A DNA stretch of 64,000 nucleotides from an uncultured bacterium. GTDB lineage: Bacteria; Oederibacteriota; Oederibacteriia; Oederibacteriales; Oederibacteriaceae. The stretch is taken from positions 1,792,001-1,856,000 of the forward strand of contig OZ218778.1 in NCBI GenBank assembly GCA_965112635.1. Direction: 5' to 3'. How positions within the stretch are numbered: position 1 is the first letter of the stretch; each line of letters begins with the position of its first letter. Made by a program: the position numbers and the translations under genes. The notes beneath the pieces were generated by a model. The model made no database searches. It saw only the letters and a program-made list of their open reading frames with translations, and was not told where the DNA came from. Shown piece after piece: positions 37,054-46,487 of this stretch.

Positions 37054-39069
37054 ATGAAAAAAATCAGGATGGCCGGCTGGGGACTTTTGGCTTGGTTATG
37101 TTTGGCCGGACTTCTTCACGCTCAGACAGTGGTTACTGTTTCCAACCTGGCGACCATGGACAGCAACAATACTTACCGCACGACCTTTTCCAAGGGCGAG
37201 AACATCACCTTTCAGGTTAATGGATATTACAACGCGGTCACTTATTGCGCCTCCATAGGTTTTGCCTTTACCATCCAGGACCCCAATGCCAGGACCGTCC
37301 TGAGCCAGCAGGGAAATTCCGTCAGGGGGAACCTGGGGTATTCCGGACCCGTGGGTGCCAGTTTGTCCAACTTCCCCACTAATTCGTTCTTTACGGTCAG
37401 CGGGACTTATACTTTTACGGGCAAGGCCTCCGCTTACCATGTGCTGGACAACGCTGTCATGACCACGGTCAACCAGACCATGACTTTTAATATTACCTCG
37501 CCGCAAGTTTCGCTATCCTATCCTTTTAACGGCGCGCAGAACTTGGCAGACAACCCTTTGATATTCAGCTGGAGCGCATCCGGAGCGGTACAGTACGAGG
37601 TCCAGGTGGATATCAGCCAGGGGTTCAGCCAGCCTGTTTGGCAGTCCATCGTCTCGACCACCAGCGCTACCTACCCTCTTAACCCGCCGGCCAACCAGCA
37701 ACTAGTAGGAGGTACGATTTACTTCTGGAGGGTGCTGGCGCTCAATGCCGCTGGGGCAGTGGTCGCAACTTCCAGTCAGACCTACACCTTTACCAAGGCC
37801 CCTTCCCAGCAGACGCAGATAAGGGACATCGGCGTCATGGGGGTAGGCTTTCTCGACTGGACCGGCGCGTTATCGACCAGTGTAAATCTGCAGGCCAACC
37901 AATCCACCACTATTGCGGTGCAGGTGCAAAACAACGGCACCCAGACCGAAGTGAATGTTCCAGTCTATCTTTATTTGAACGGCAGGGCCTTGCCCATGCA
38001 GACCGTTTCCAGCCTGGCTTCAAATCAGAGCCAGTTCGTTTCCTTTGCCTATCAGTATGACGGCTCGGTGACCACCCTCAACGCTTCGGGAAGCGTTGAT
38101 TTTGCCGATGATAACCCTTCCAATAACCTCCTGACCAAAACCCTGTCCTTTAACCAGACCGCGGCCGGGACCGCAGGCACGGGTGGGCAGAGCGGGCCGG
38201 GCCAGGGCACTGCGGGCACGGGCGGGACCGGCCTGAGCGGAACAGCCGGGGTCACAGGAACCTATACCACAGGCAGTACCGGGACGACCATGACCGAACA
38301 GCAGGCCTGGGAAGTCATCAAGCAGTATGTGGGGGCCGGGGCTGGCGACCTGAGCGGGTATCAATACGCAGGGGTCCAGGGCGGGGATATTATTTCCCTT
38401 GCGCAGTCCCTGCAAGGCGGACAAAGCCAGGTCAGCGGCACTACGATGGTTTCCTCCGATAGTTCAGGAGCAGGGGTTTCTTACGCTTACACCCCTACGC
38501 CTTCTCCCACACTCGAGCCAACGCCCAATCCTTTGGCTAGTTTGCCTGCCGTACAGGCTGAGAATAAGGAGGCTCCTGTCATTGGATACGCGGAAACCAG
38601 CGGGTCTGTCCAGGTCAAAAGAGAAGGCTCTGACTGGCAGGGCCTCAGTAATAACTCCAATATTCAAGCAGGTGACCAAATCAGGACCTTGGCGGGAGGT
38701 CGCAGCACCATTTTTGGCCAAGATGGCATTAAAATGACCCTGTGGGAGAAAACCATTATTGACATTGACGTTGTCAAGAATAATGAGCAGGGCAAGACCG
38801 TAAAAAGTTTCAGGGTAGACAAGGGGAGCATGGAGGCGGACCTGCCAAAAGCCTCCAATACGGTTTATAAAGTTGAGTGTCCTTTGGGCATTCTAGATTG
38901 CGAAGAAGGTCTCGTTCAGTGTAAAGTCACGGATGCCCAGGACCTCTTCAGGTCCAAAAGAGGCAAGGTCTCGGTTTCTAACCTGATGGGCAAGGTCGAT
39001 GCCGAAGAGGGGAAGATCGTGGTTTTGACCAGCGGTAAAGCCCCCGTCATCTTTGAAGAAAAGAAGTAG
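37054..39069 (+). CDS. Secreted Ig/CARDB-domain protein with a C-terminal FecR domain
   Basis: Signal peptide (LHA-Q); CARDB-like VQNNGTQTE...DDNPSNN; Gly/Thr linker; FecR-like SGSVQVKR...GDQIRT....R; ATG 37054 after AAGGAG (alternative 37033). Confidence 0.7.
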   Translation: MKKIRMAGWGLLAWLCLAGLLHAQTVVTVSNLATMDSNNTYRTTFSKGENITFQVNGYYNAVTYCASIGFAFTIQDPNARTVLSQQGNSVRGNLGYSGPVGASLSNFPTNSFFTVSGTYTFTGKASAYHVLDNAVMTTVNQTMTFNITSPQVSLSYPFNGAQNLADNPLIFSWSASGAVQYEVQVDISQGFSQPVWQSIVSTTSATYPLNPPANQQLVGGTIYFWRVLALNAAGAVVATSSQTYTFTKAPSQQTQIRDIGVMGVGFLDWTGALSTSVNLQANQSTTIAVQVQNNGTQTEVNVPVYLYLNGRALPMQTVSSLASNQSQFVSFAYQYDGSVTTLNASGSVDFADDNPSNNLLTKTLSFNQTAAGTAGTGGQSGPGQGTAGTGGTGLSGTAGVTGTYTTGSTGTTMTEQQAWEVIKQYVGAGAGDLSGYQYAGVQGGDIISLAQSLQGGQSQVSGTTMVSSDSSGAGVSYAYTPTPSPTLEPTPNPLASLPAVQAENKEAPVIGYAETSGSVQVKREGSDWQGLSNNSNIQAGDQIRTLAGGRSTIFGQDGIKMTLWEKTIIDIDVVKNNEQGKTVKSFRVDKGSMEADLPKASNTVYKVECPLGILDCEEGLVQCKVTDAQDLFRSKRGKVSVSNLMGKVDAEEGKIVVLTSGKAPVIFEEKK

Positions 39070-39134
39070 CACTAAAAAACAGATGGTCATTAGCGGTCTG
39101 TGTATGGATAAAACTATTTAAAAGGAGGGGTTAG

Positions 39135-39879
39135 ATGAAAAAATTAAATAGAAAGGAAATGGCCTGGCTCTCAGTGGGGGTTGGGCGCGGTTTTATGCGG
39201 TTTAGCAGCCGTGTGCGTGATCCTGCCTTTAGCCGCCGCAAAAGCCGATTCGCCCATTGCCATTGTGACATTCTTGGCCGGGCCCGTGGATGTCCAGAAG
39301 GCGGGAGCCGTACAGTGGAATCCTCTAAGGCGTGGCGATTATCTCTATGAGGACCAGGTAGTCAAGACAGGCCGAAGGGCCCAAGTTGCTCTTTTTTATA
39401 CCGAGGGAACTGAGTTGAGGCTGAACGGAGACACAACCTTAAACGTGGGGACCAAGGAGAAAAAGGTCGTGTCCGCGGGGATGCAGGTAGTCCGTACCAT
39501 CAAACTTATGATCGGTGAGTTCTGGGGGCAGTTTGCCAAGACCTCTGACACCGGTGTTAGCTACGATATAAAAACCTCTTCCGCCGTGGCCGCGGTCAAA
39601 GGCACCAAGTTGGATTCTGAAGCACAATCCTCAGGCGCTTCAGCTTTTTCTGTGATGGAAGGATTGGTACAGGTCAGCAATAATTTGGGCAGCGTGAATG
39701 TCGGCGCGGGAATGAAAACCACCGTCCAAGCCGGCGGCGCGCCCACCGCACCCAAGTCGTTTGCCAGTCGTGCTGCATGGGAAGCAGGGATGAACGGGAA
39801 ATCTCCCAAAACATTGATCCTTAAGATCAAAGGAAAGGGTGGCGCGGAGAGAGAATTGAAAGTGTTCCTGCAAAAGTAA
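39135..39879 (+). CDS. Secreted FecR-domain protein with an apparent +1 frameshift near 39176-39180
   Basis: FecR motifs GPVDVQKAG, LYEDQVVKTG, AVAAVKGT and VMEGLVQV in the frame opening at 39181; the ATG with the strong RBS (39135) is in another frame. Confidence 0.7.
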
Positions 39880-39996
39880 TCCCAGGGAATAGGGCAGCTT
39901 TTTCGGCTGCCCCCCGGGTCCAGGTTTTGCGGGCGATGTTTTCCCCTCGAGGTTGGGGGGAGGGTAACTCTATGAAAATCAATACATATTACAGGA

Positions 39997-41947
39997 ATGC
40001 CATTGAAAAAAATGTTTGTTCAAAACATATTTCGAAAGATATTCATCAAACTTTTCGCAGGGGCCTTGCTGCTGTCAGTCCTCCTGTCTCCCCTGGAGAT
40101 GTGGGCGGCTGATTTTGCCAAAATCCTGCAAGCAGTCCCCGCGCCTAATCCCGTCAAAGCCGGGGATACGGTCAACTTCCAAGTGGTCATCAAGAACGTC
40201 GGGAATATAAACTGGCCAGCCGAGCAGTATTCCATCAAGGCGGAGATCTATTCCAAGGATAAAGAACTGATTCTGAATTCATCCGCCCTGGTCGGGCCTT
40301 TTGATACGGCGCCTGGAGAAACGGCCCTGCTCTACCTGCCATTCAACGTGCCGCAGGATTTTAAGGGTGAGTACTATTTCAAAATAGACCTGGACCATAA
40401 CGGCAATAGGGTGCTTACCAGTGATTTTTACAGTTTCCAAACCATTGCCGTAAACCAGGCTGAAGAGGAAGCTGTGCCTCCCTCTGTGCATTTCAGCGGT
40501 AACATCCTGGCCTCCTACAAGAACAGTTCCTTGACGAATTACTTGGGCAATATAACTCTCAACATGATGGGCCAGGTATTTCAAAAAACCGTCTCATTTA
40601 ATGGTTATGTAGATTACGACAAAACAGGCAATTATCAACTCACGCGCGGTCTTTTATCCTACTATGACGACTGGGGCGATCTTCAGTTGGGGGACGTGAC
40701 CCCTGAGCTTTCCTCGTTTACCTTGTCCAACCTGCTGATAAGAGGGGGCATGGCAGAGGTCCACACCAACAATAACTTATTTACCTGGACTGCGGTGGCT
40801 GCCCGTGTCAAATATCCCAGTGAGGGAACATCTTTGATAGCCGGGATCTATGCCCGTGATTTGTGGGGCGGCAGGGGAGCGGTGGACCTTCCTTTGTTCG
40901 GATTTGACACCATCTCCGGTGTTTCCTATTCCCATGCCTATGACGAACAGAATTCCATCAGCACCCCGGGTCCTGGAGTTTCACCCGTGGTGGACGACGT
41001 GTATGCCGTGGATACCACCTGGAAGCTTCCCAATGTGATCAAGATCACCGCGGAGGCAGCCCAAAGCCAATATAACCCCAATGCCTTAACAACAGGCGCC
41101 AATACGACCGATATCGCCTACCGGCTTAATACTACGACCCTTATTTCCTCCGCCACGGTCAACGTGGGCTACCGGAAGCGTGGGAACGAACTTTTATTCG
41201 CTGGGAAACCCGGCTAACGTGCCGGACAGAGCTGGTATTGAGTCTTCTTTGTTCTGGAACACTACTCCTTGGACCACCCTTACTGGAGTGTTCAACCAGT
41301 ACACCAATAATCTCGATCAAAATCCTCAGACCGTGACCACTACCAATGACGTGATGGGAGGCGGTCTGAACATCAATGTCACAGAATTTCCCATCCTGAG
41401 CTTAGGTTATAATCTCAATACTTTTGTAGGCCAGGATACCAAAGTTGTGGATAACGCCACCACCAGCATCAATGGGGGTCTTTCATATACTAAAAGCAAC
41501 CTCGGAGGCAACATATCCTACTCGTTATCCAATTTTGTGGACCAGACCCAGAATGCCAATAACCTGAACACTAGCAGCTTGAACCTTTCCTTAAATTCTA
41601 TTTGGTGGAATGTCCTGTCCTTGGCAGGGGGCGCTACGCAGACTTTGAGCACCAATGTCACCACCAATGATACAACCACGACGATCTCTTACAGTGTGAA
41701 TTCGAGCTACCAAATCGTTCCCAAGCAATACACGTTGAGCGCCTGGACCAGCATGACCCAGCGGAGCGATGGAATGAATACGGTCAATAATAACAACCTC
41801 TCTTGGAATCTGGAGGTAAGCGATCAGCTGAGCCCGACCGCAATGATCACCCTTGGATATTCTCTTACGCAATACTCTGATTCGATCACCAATTTGCTTT
41901 CATATAATGATAATGCTGTTAGCGCAAGGGCCAATATGGGTTTCTAA
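39997..41947 (+). pseudogene. Outer-membrane beta-barrel with an N-terminal Ig domain, split by a +1 frameshift at about 41173-41179 (ORFs 39997-41217 and 41180-41947)
   Basis: Joined reading is NVGYRK/VGTNFYSLGNP; the first half has the signal peptide and LGDVTPELSSFTLS, and the second half is amphipathic beta-strands ending in Phe; may be a sequencing error. Confidence 0.65.
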
Positions 41948-42048
41948 TTTTTCCACTTTTCGTATTTGACACTTCCCCGCAGATCCCTGATTTTTATTGA
42001 CCCAAAAAACCAGGCCGCTAATGCCCAATATTGCCTCCGGAATATTTA

Positions 42049-42057
42049 TGGTATAAT
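42049..42057 (+). promoter_or_regulatory. Extended -10 promoter for the oxidoreductase operon
   Basis: TGGTATAAT about 30 nt upstream of the GGAGG-GTG start. Confidence 0.5.
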
Positions 42058-42085
42058 TATTTTATTCCAGTTTGGAGGATTGATC

Positions 42086-42307
42086 GTGCCTAACCGTTTT
42101 AAAATCAAGGTAGACCCCATTTTTTGTAAATCCTGTGAGTTGTGCGTGGTGGCCTGCCCCAAGAAAATCATGAAAATATCAGATAAAAAGAACGACCGTG
42201 GTTTCAGCCTGGCCGTGTGCATGGATGAAGAGGCCTGCATAGGCTGTATGGCTTGCGCTGAAGTATGCCCGGATGTGGCCATAGAGATCATCCGGCTGGA
42301 GCCCTAA
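42086..42307 (+). CDS. 2x[4Fe-4S] ferredoxin, delta subunit of the 2-oxoacid:ferredoxin oxidoreductase
   Basis: CKSCELCVVACP and CIGCMACAEVCP; GTG 42086 after GGAGG. Confidence 0.92.
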   Translation: MPNRFKIKVDPIFCKSCELCVVACPKKIMKISDKKNDRGFSLAVCMDEEACIGCMACAEVCPDVAIEIIRLEP

Positions 42308-43402
42308 ATGGGTAAAAAAATCTTTATCAAGGGTAACGAGGCCATGGCTGAAGGAGCCATTTTGGCGGGTTGCAGGTACTATTTTGGATACCCCATAACC
42401 CCGCAAAACGAAGTTCCCGCCTACATGTCCCGGCGCATGCCTGAGGTCAGAGGGGTATTTTTGCAGGCTGAATCCGAACTGGCGGCCATCAATATGGTTC
42501 TGGGCGCTGCGGTGACCGGAGTGCGGGCCATGACCTCGTCCTCGTCACCGGGTATCTCGCTCATGCAGGAAGCCATCTCTTATATGGCTGGAATGGAGCT
42601 TCCTAGTGTGATCGCCAATGTGGTGCGGGGCGGCCCGGGTTTAGGTAATATCGCCCCTTCTCAGGCGGATTATTTCCAATCCACGCGGGGGGGTGGGCAT
42701 GGCGATTATCGGACCATCGTTTTGGCTCCCCATAACGTTCAAGAGCTGGTGGATCTGACCATGGATGCTTTTGACCTGGCCGATCTATACCGCAATCCGG
42801 TGCTGGTCCTTGCCGACGGTCTGCTGGGCCAAATGATGGAATCGGTTTATATGCCTGATCCGCAGGAGGAACGGAAAAACAGCTGGCTGGCCGGCAGGAA
42901 ACTGCCGCCCAAGACCTGGGCTTTGACAGGCGCCAAGGGGCGGCCAGCCCAATTCATCAGGTCATTGCTCATGGCCCAGGGAGCGTTGGAAAAACACAAT
43001 GTTCACCTGGCGCAAAAGTATGCCGATATTGAAAAAACAGAGCAAAAGGCAGAACTGACCGGAGACACAGACCCCCAGATAGTCATTGCCGCCTATGGTT
43101 CATCAGCGCGCATTGCCAAAGGCGCCCTCAAACTTTTGCAAGCCAGGGGCGTCAAGGCCACTTTGTTCAGGCCCATTTCCCTCTGGCCCTTTCCTATGCA
43201 AATGATGGCCGGACTGGCCAAACGGGTCGATAGGTTTTTGGTGGTGGAGATGAGTTCGGGCCAGCTCATCGAGGATATAAAACTGGGTGTGGCGCAGGAA
43301 AAAAGTTTGAAACAGGTAAGGATCAACCTGCTGGCCCGTCCGGGCGGAGGTGTCCCTTCGCCTGAGGAGATCGCCGATAAGGCGCAAGAGGTGTTGAGAT
43401 GA
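42308..43402 (+). CDS. vorB: 2-oxoacid (2-ketoisovalerate-type):ferredoxin oxidoreductase alpha subunit
   Basis: KGNEAMAEGAI, FGYPITPQNE, QAESELAAINM, SSSSPGISL, RGGPGLG, GGGHGDY. Confidence 0.9.
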   Translation: MGKKIFIKGNEAMAEGAILAGCRYYFGYPITPQNEVPAYMSRRMPEVRGVFLQAESELAAINMVLGAAVTGVRAMTSSSSPGISLMQEAISYMAGMELPSVIANVVRGGPGLGNIAPSQADYFQSTRGGGHGDYRTIVLAPHNVQELVDLTMDAFDLADLYRNPVLVLADGLLGQMMESVYMPDPQEERKNSWLAGRKLPPKTWALTGAKGRPAQFIRSLLMAQGALEKHNVHLAQKYADIEKTEQKAELTGDTDPQIVIAAYGSSARIAKGALKLLQARGVKATLFRPISLWPFPMQMMAGLAKRVDRFLVVEMSSGQLIEDIKLGVAQEKSLKQVRINLLARPGGGVPSPEEIADKAQEVLR

Positions 43403-44148
43403 GCGAAAAAACCATTTTTTCCCGCACCAAGGGGTTGAAACCCGCGGCCAATATTTATTGCCCTGGTTGCGGGCATGGGGTGGCGCACCGGATCCTGACC
43501 GAAGTGGTGGAGGAGGCCAAGGCCCTGGACCGCACCATTGCCGTGGCTCCTGTAGGCTGCGCGGTCTATGGGTATGATTATTGGAATTTTGATACCACCG
43601 AGGCTCCCCATGGCCGGACGCCGGCCGTGGCCACGGCCATCAAGCGCGTGCTCCCGGACCGTTTGGTGATCTCTTACCAAGGGGACGGAGATCTGGCCGC
43701 TATCGGCATGGGTGAGATCGTGCATGCCGCCGGGCGCGGGGAACTGATCACCGTCATTTTTATCAATAATATCAACTACGGAATGACCGGGGGCCAGATG
43801 GCACCCACGACATTACTGGGCCAAAAAACAGCTACCACTCCCGCAGGCCGCAAGAGCGAGGAAGCCGGGTTCCCTTTCAAGATGGTGGAATTTTTGTCCC
43901 AACTGCCGGGCGTGAAATACGCGGCACGCGGGGCCATGCACAAACAAAATTTGATAAGGACTGCCAAGTCCTATATCAAACGGGCCATCAGCGTCCAAGA
44001 GGCCAAGTCCGGTTTTTCCATCGTGGAATTGCTTTCCCTGTGCCCGGCCAATTGGGGGTTGGACCCGGCCAGTGCCGCGAAAAAGGTAGATGAAATCTTG
44101 GTGCCGTTTTATCCTTTGGGCGTGGTCAAGGACGAGGGGCCTAAATAA
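43399..44148 (+). CDS. 2-oxoacid:ferredoxin oxidoreductase beta subunit (TPP-binding)
   Basis: YCPGCGHG, VGC, HGR, YQGDGDLAAIG, YGMTGGQMAPTT, CP.NWG. Confidence 0.92.
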   Translation: MSEKTIFSRTKGLKPAANIYCPGCGHGVAHRILTEVVEEAKALDRTIAVAPVGCAVYGYDYWNFDTTEAPHGRTPAVATAIKRVLPDRLVISYQGDGDLAAIGMGEIVHAAGRGELITVIFINNINYGMTGGQMAPTTLLGQKTATTPAGRKSEEAGFPFKMVEFLSQLPGVKYAARGAMHKQNLIRTAKSYIKRAISVQEAKSGFSIVELLSLCPANWGLDPASAAKKVDEILVPFYPLGVVKDEGPK

Positions 44149-44163
44149 TGAGGAGCATTTCGG

Positions 44164-44709
44164 ATGTTGACTGAAATATCTATCGCGGGGTCCGGCGGGC
44201 AGGGTATACAGTTCATTGGACAGCTGTTGGCCAAGGCGGCAACCCGGCAGGGGTTGATCGCCACCTATGTACCGTCCTATGGAGCGGAGCGCCGGGGTGG
44301 TCCTTCTTTTTGTTCGGTGGTTATTGGCGATAGCGAGATTTTTTCCCCTGTTTTTATCCAAGCCGATGTGCTGCTGGCCTTGGACCAGCGGGGCAGGGAA
44401 CAGGGCTCTTCCATGGTCAAATCAAATGGTTTGATCCTTGTAAACCAGGACTTGGCTGGAACAGCGGTTCCCGGAGAAAAGGGAAGAGTGGTCGCGTTGC
44501 ACGCCACCCAAATGGCGGATGAACTGGGTCCCAGCGGCCCAATGAATTTGATCATGGCAGCGGCCTATGTGGGAGTCAGCGGGATAATAAACCCGCAAGG
44601 GTTGGAAGAAGAGTTAAGGGAAGTTACTGCCAAGAAACCCCAGCTGTTAACTTTAAATCTTGGAGCATTGGCTCAAGGTTTGAAATGGGGACAAGAACAC
44701 AAAAAATAA
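44164..44709 (+). CDS. 2-oxoacid:ferredoxin oxidoreductase gamma subunit
   Basis: IAGSGGQGI, PSYGAERRGG. Confidence 0.9.
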   Translation: MLTEISIAGSGGQGIQFIGQLLAKAATRQGLIATYVPSYGAERRGGPSFCSVVIGDSEIFSPVFIQADVLLALDQRGREQGSSMVKSNGLILVNQDLAGTAVPGEKGRVVALHATQMADELGPSGPMNLIMAAAYVGVSGIINPQGLEEELREVTAKKPQLLTLNLGALAQGLKWGQEHKK

Positions 44710-44756
44710 TTATCATGAACAAACCCACCGAGACCGTTTTTTTAAGGGTGATACCA

Positions 44757-44957
44757 ATGAAAGTCAAACTCAATGGTAAGGAACAGGTCATTGAAGATGG
44801 CATGACGGTACTCCAGCTGATGCAAAAAAATGGAGTAACAAGTCCAGGGGTCGCCGTTGCTTGTAATAGTGAGGTGGTGCACCAAAAAAATTTAGGTAGA
44901 GTTTTACTTAAAGAAGGGGACGAGATAGAAATTATCCACGCTGTAGGCGGCGGGTAG
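44757..44957 (+). CDS. thiS: Sulfur carrier protein ThiS
   Basis: 66 aa, MKVKLNG...VAVACNSEVV...GDEIEIIHAVGGG ending in di-Gly. Confidence 0.93.
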   Translation: MKVKLNGKEQVIEDGMTVLQLMQKNGVTSPGVAVACNSEVVHQKNLGRVLLKEGDEIEIIHAVGGG

Positions 44958-44986
44958 TTCTACCGAGTTTCAAGGAGGGTAGATAA

Positions 44987-45799
44987 GTGTCTGGCAATCC
45001 AAGAGAACCACAAGGTGGCAAAGCGGATAAGCCCCTGAAAATAGGGGGCAACTCCTTTAATTCCAGGCTTATTTTGGGAACAGGAAAATACAAAACATTT
45101 GAAGAAATGGCTGCAGCCCATGAAGCAAGTGGAACTGAACTGGTGACCGTGGCCATTCGCAGGATCAATTTGGATGACAAGTCGGGGAAGGCCCTTCTTG
45201 ATTTCATTGACCTGAAAAAACGGAAAATATTACCCAACACCGCTGCCTGTTATACGGCCAAGGACGCTATCCTGACCGCGCGGTTGGCGCGAGAGGCTCT
45301 CAAGACAAATTTGATCAAACTGGAAGTGATTGGAGACGAAAAAACACTATTCCCTGATGGTCCAGCGTTGCTGGAAGCAGCTAAAGTCCTGGTCAAGGAG
45401 GGATTTGTGGTCCTGCCCTATACCATGGATGATCCGGTCCTCTGTAAAAAACTGGAGGAAGCCGGATGCGCTGCGGTCATGCCGCTTGGCGCTCCCATCG
45501 GTTCTGGGCTGGGGATAAGAAATCCGTACAACATACGCATCATCATGGAAACTGTCAAGGTTCCGGTGATCGTGGATGCCGGAGTGGGGACAGCTTCGGA
45601 TGCGGCACTGGCCATGGAACTGGGTTGCGATGCTGTGCTAATGAATACCGCCGTGGCCCAAGCCAAGGAACCGGTCAGGATGGCGGAGGCCATGAAAAAA
45701 GCCGTTGAGGCGGGAAGGTTAGCCTATCTCTCCGGGCGCATACCCAAAAAATTATACGCGACAGCTTCCAGTCCGCTTTCGGATGTGATCGGTAGTTAA
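44987..45799 (+). CDS. thiG: Thiazole synthase
   Basis: [48 protein letters not shown]. Confidence 0.97.
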   Translation: MSGNPREPQGGKADKPLKIGGNSFNSRLILGTGKYKTFEEMAAAHEASGTELVTVAIRRINLDDKSGKALLDFIDLKKRKILPNTAACYTAKDAILTARLAREALKTNLIKLEVIGDEKTLFPDGPALLEAAKVLVKEGFVVLPYTMDDPVLCKKLEEAGCAAVMPLGAPIGSGLGIRNPYNIRIIMETVKVPVIVDAGVGTASDAALAMELGCDAVLMNTAVAQAKEPVRMAEAMKKAVEAGRLAYLSGRIPKKLYATASSPLSDVIGS

Positions 45800-45824
45800 A
45801 AAATGGCGGCAAGGAAAAATAAAT

Positions 45825-46448
45825 TTGGTAGATTTTAAATTTTATCTGATCACAGACAGCCAAAAATGTGTGGCTAGGACTTTAGAGCAGACATTAGAAG
45901 AGGCTTGCGCTGCCGGTGTGAGGGCGATACAAATAAGAGAAAAAAGCATTGGTTCTGAAAGAGTTCTTGATCTCACTCAAAAACTGAAAAGTATCCTGCC
46001 CAAAGAAACTTTGCTGTTCGTCAACGACCGACCTGACATCGCCATCATGACCGGTATTTCTGGAGTGCATCTTTCATCCAAGAGTCCATCGGCAGAGATC
46101 GTCAGAGAAAAATATCCACAAAAAAAATTGATAATTGGAAGATCCACTCATTCTTTAGAAGAGGTCAGAGGGGCTGAACAACAGGGAGTTGATTTTGTAG
46201 TTTATGGACCGGTGTATGACACTCCTTCCAAAAGGTTATACGGACCTCCGATAGGAGTCAAGGCGCTAGGTGAGGCTGCTAGAAAAAGTAAAGTCCCGAT
46301 TTTTGCTCTGGGAGGGGTGACATCGGCGCGGGTGAAAGAATGTTTGGATGCAGGAGCTCACGGAGTTGCGGTCATCTCGGCTATCATGGCAGCATCTTCG
46401 GTCAAAGAGACGGTGAATGATTTCAATAAAACATTGGGGCAGTTATAA
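45825..46448 (+). CDS. thiE: Thiamine-phosphate synthase ThiE / TenI family
   Basis: IQIREK, VNDRPD, GVHL, GRSTHS, GPVYDTPSK, ALGGV, GVAVISAI; ThiE versus TenI cannot be resolved by eye. Confidence 0.8.
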   Translation: MVDFKFYLITDSQKCVARTLEQTLEEACAAGVRAIQIREKSIGSERVLDLTQKLKSILPKETLLFVNDRPDIAIMTGISGVHLSSKSPSAEIVREKYPQKKLIIGRSTHSLEEVRGAEQQGVDFVVYGPVYDTPSKRLYGPPIGVKALGEAARKSKVPIFALGGVTSARVKECLDAGAHGVAVISAIMAASSVKETVNDFNKTLGQL

Positions 46449-46487
46449 TCTCTAAACAAAAGTTTGTGTATAGGAGAGGGTTTAAAG

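Noticed and set aside
39135-40112. ORFs 39135-39350 and 39927-40112 as independent small genes
   Set aside because: They are better explained as out-of-frame starts of the overlapping FecR and barrel genes.
24833-41947. Canonical Bacteroidota T9SS locus
   Set aside because: No recognisable gldK/L/M/N, sprA, porU or sprT in the window; only PorV-like barrels and CTD-like domains are present.
44710-44756. TPP riboswitch upstream of thiS
   Set aside because: Only 47 nt are available and there is no CTGAGA-type core.
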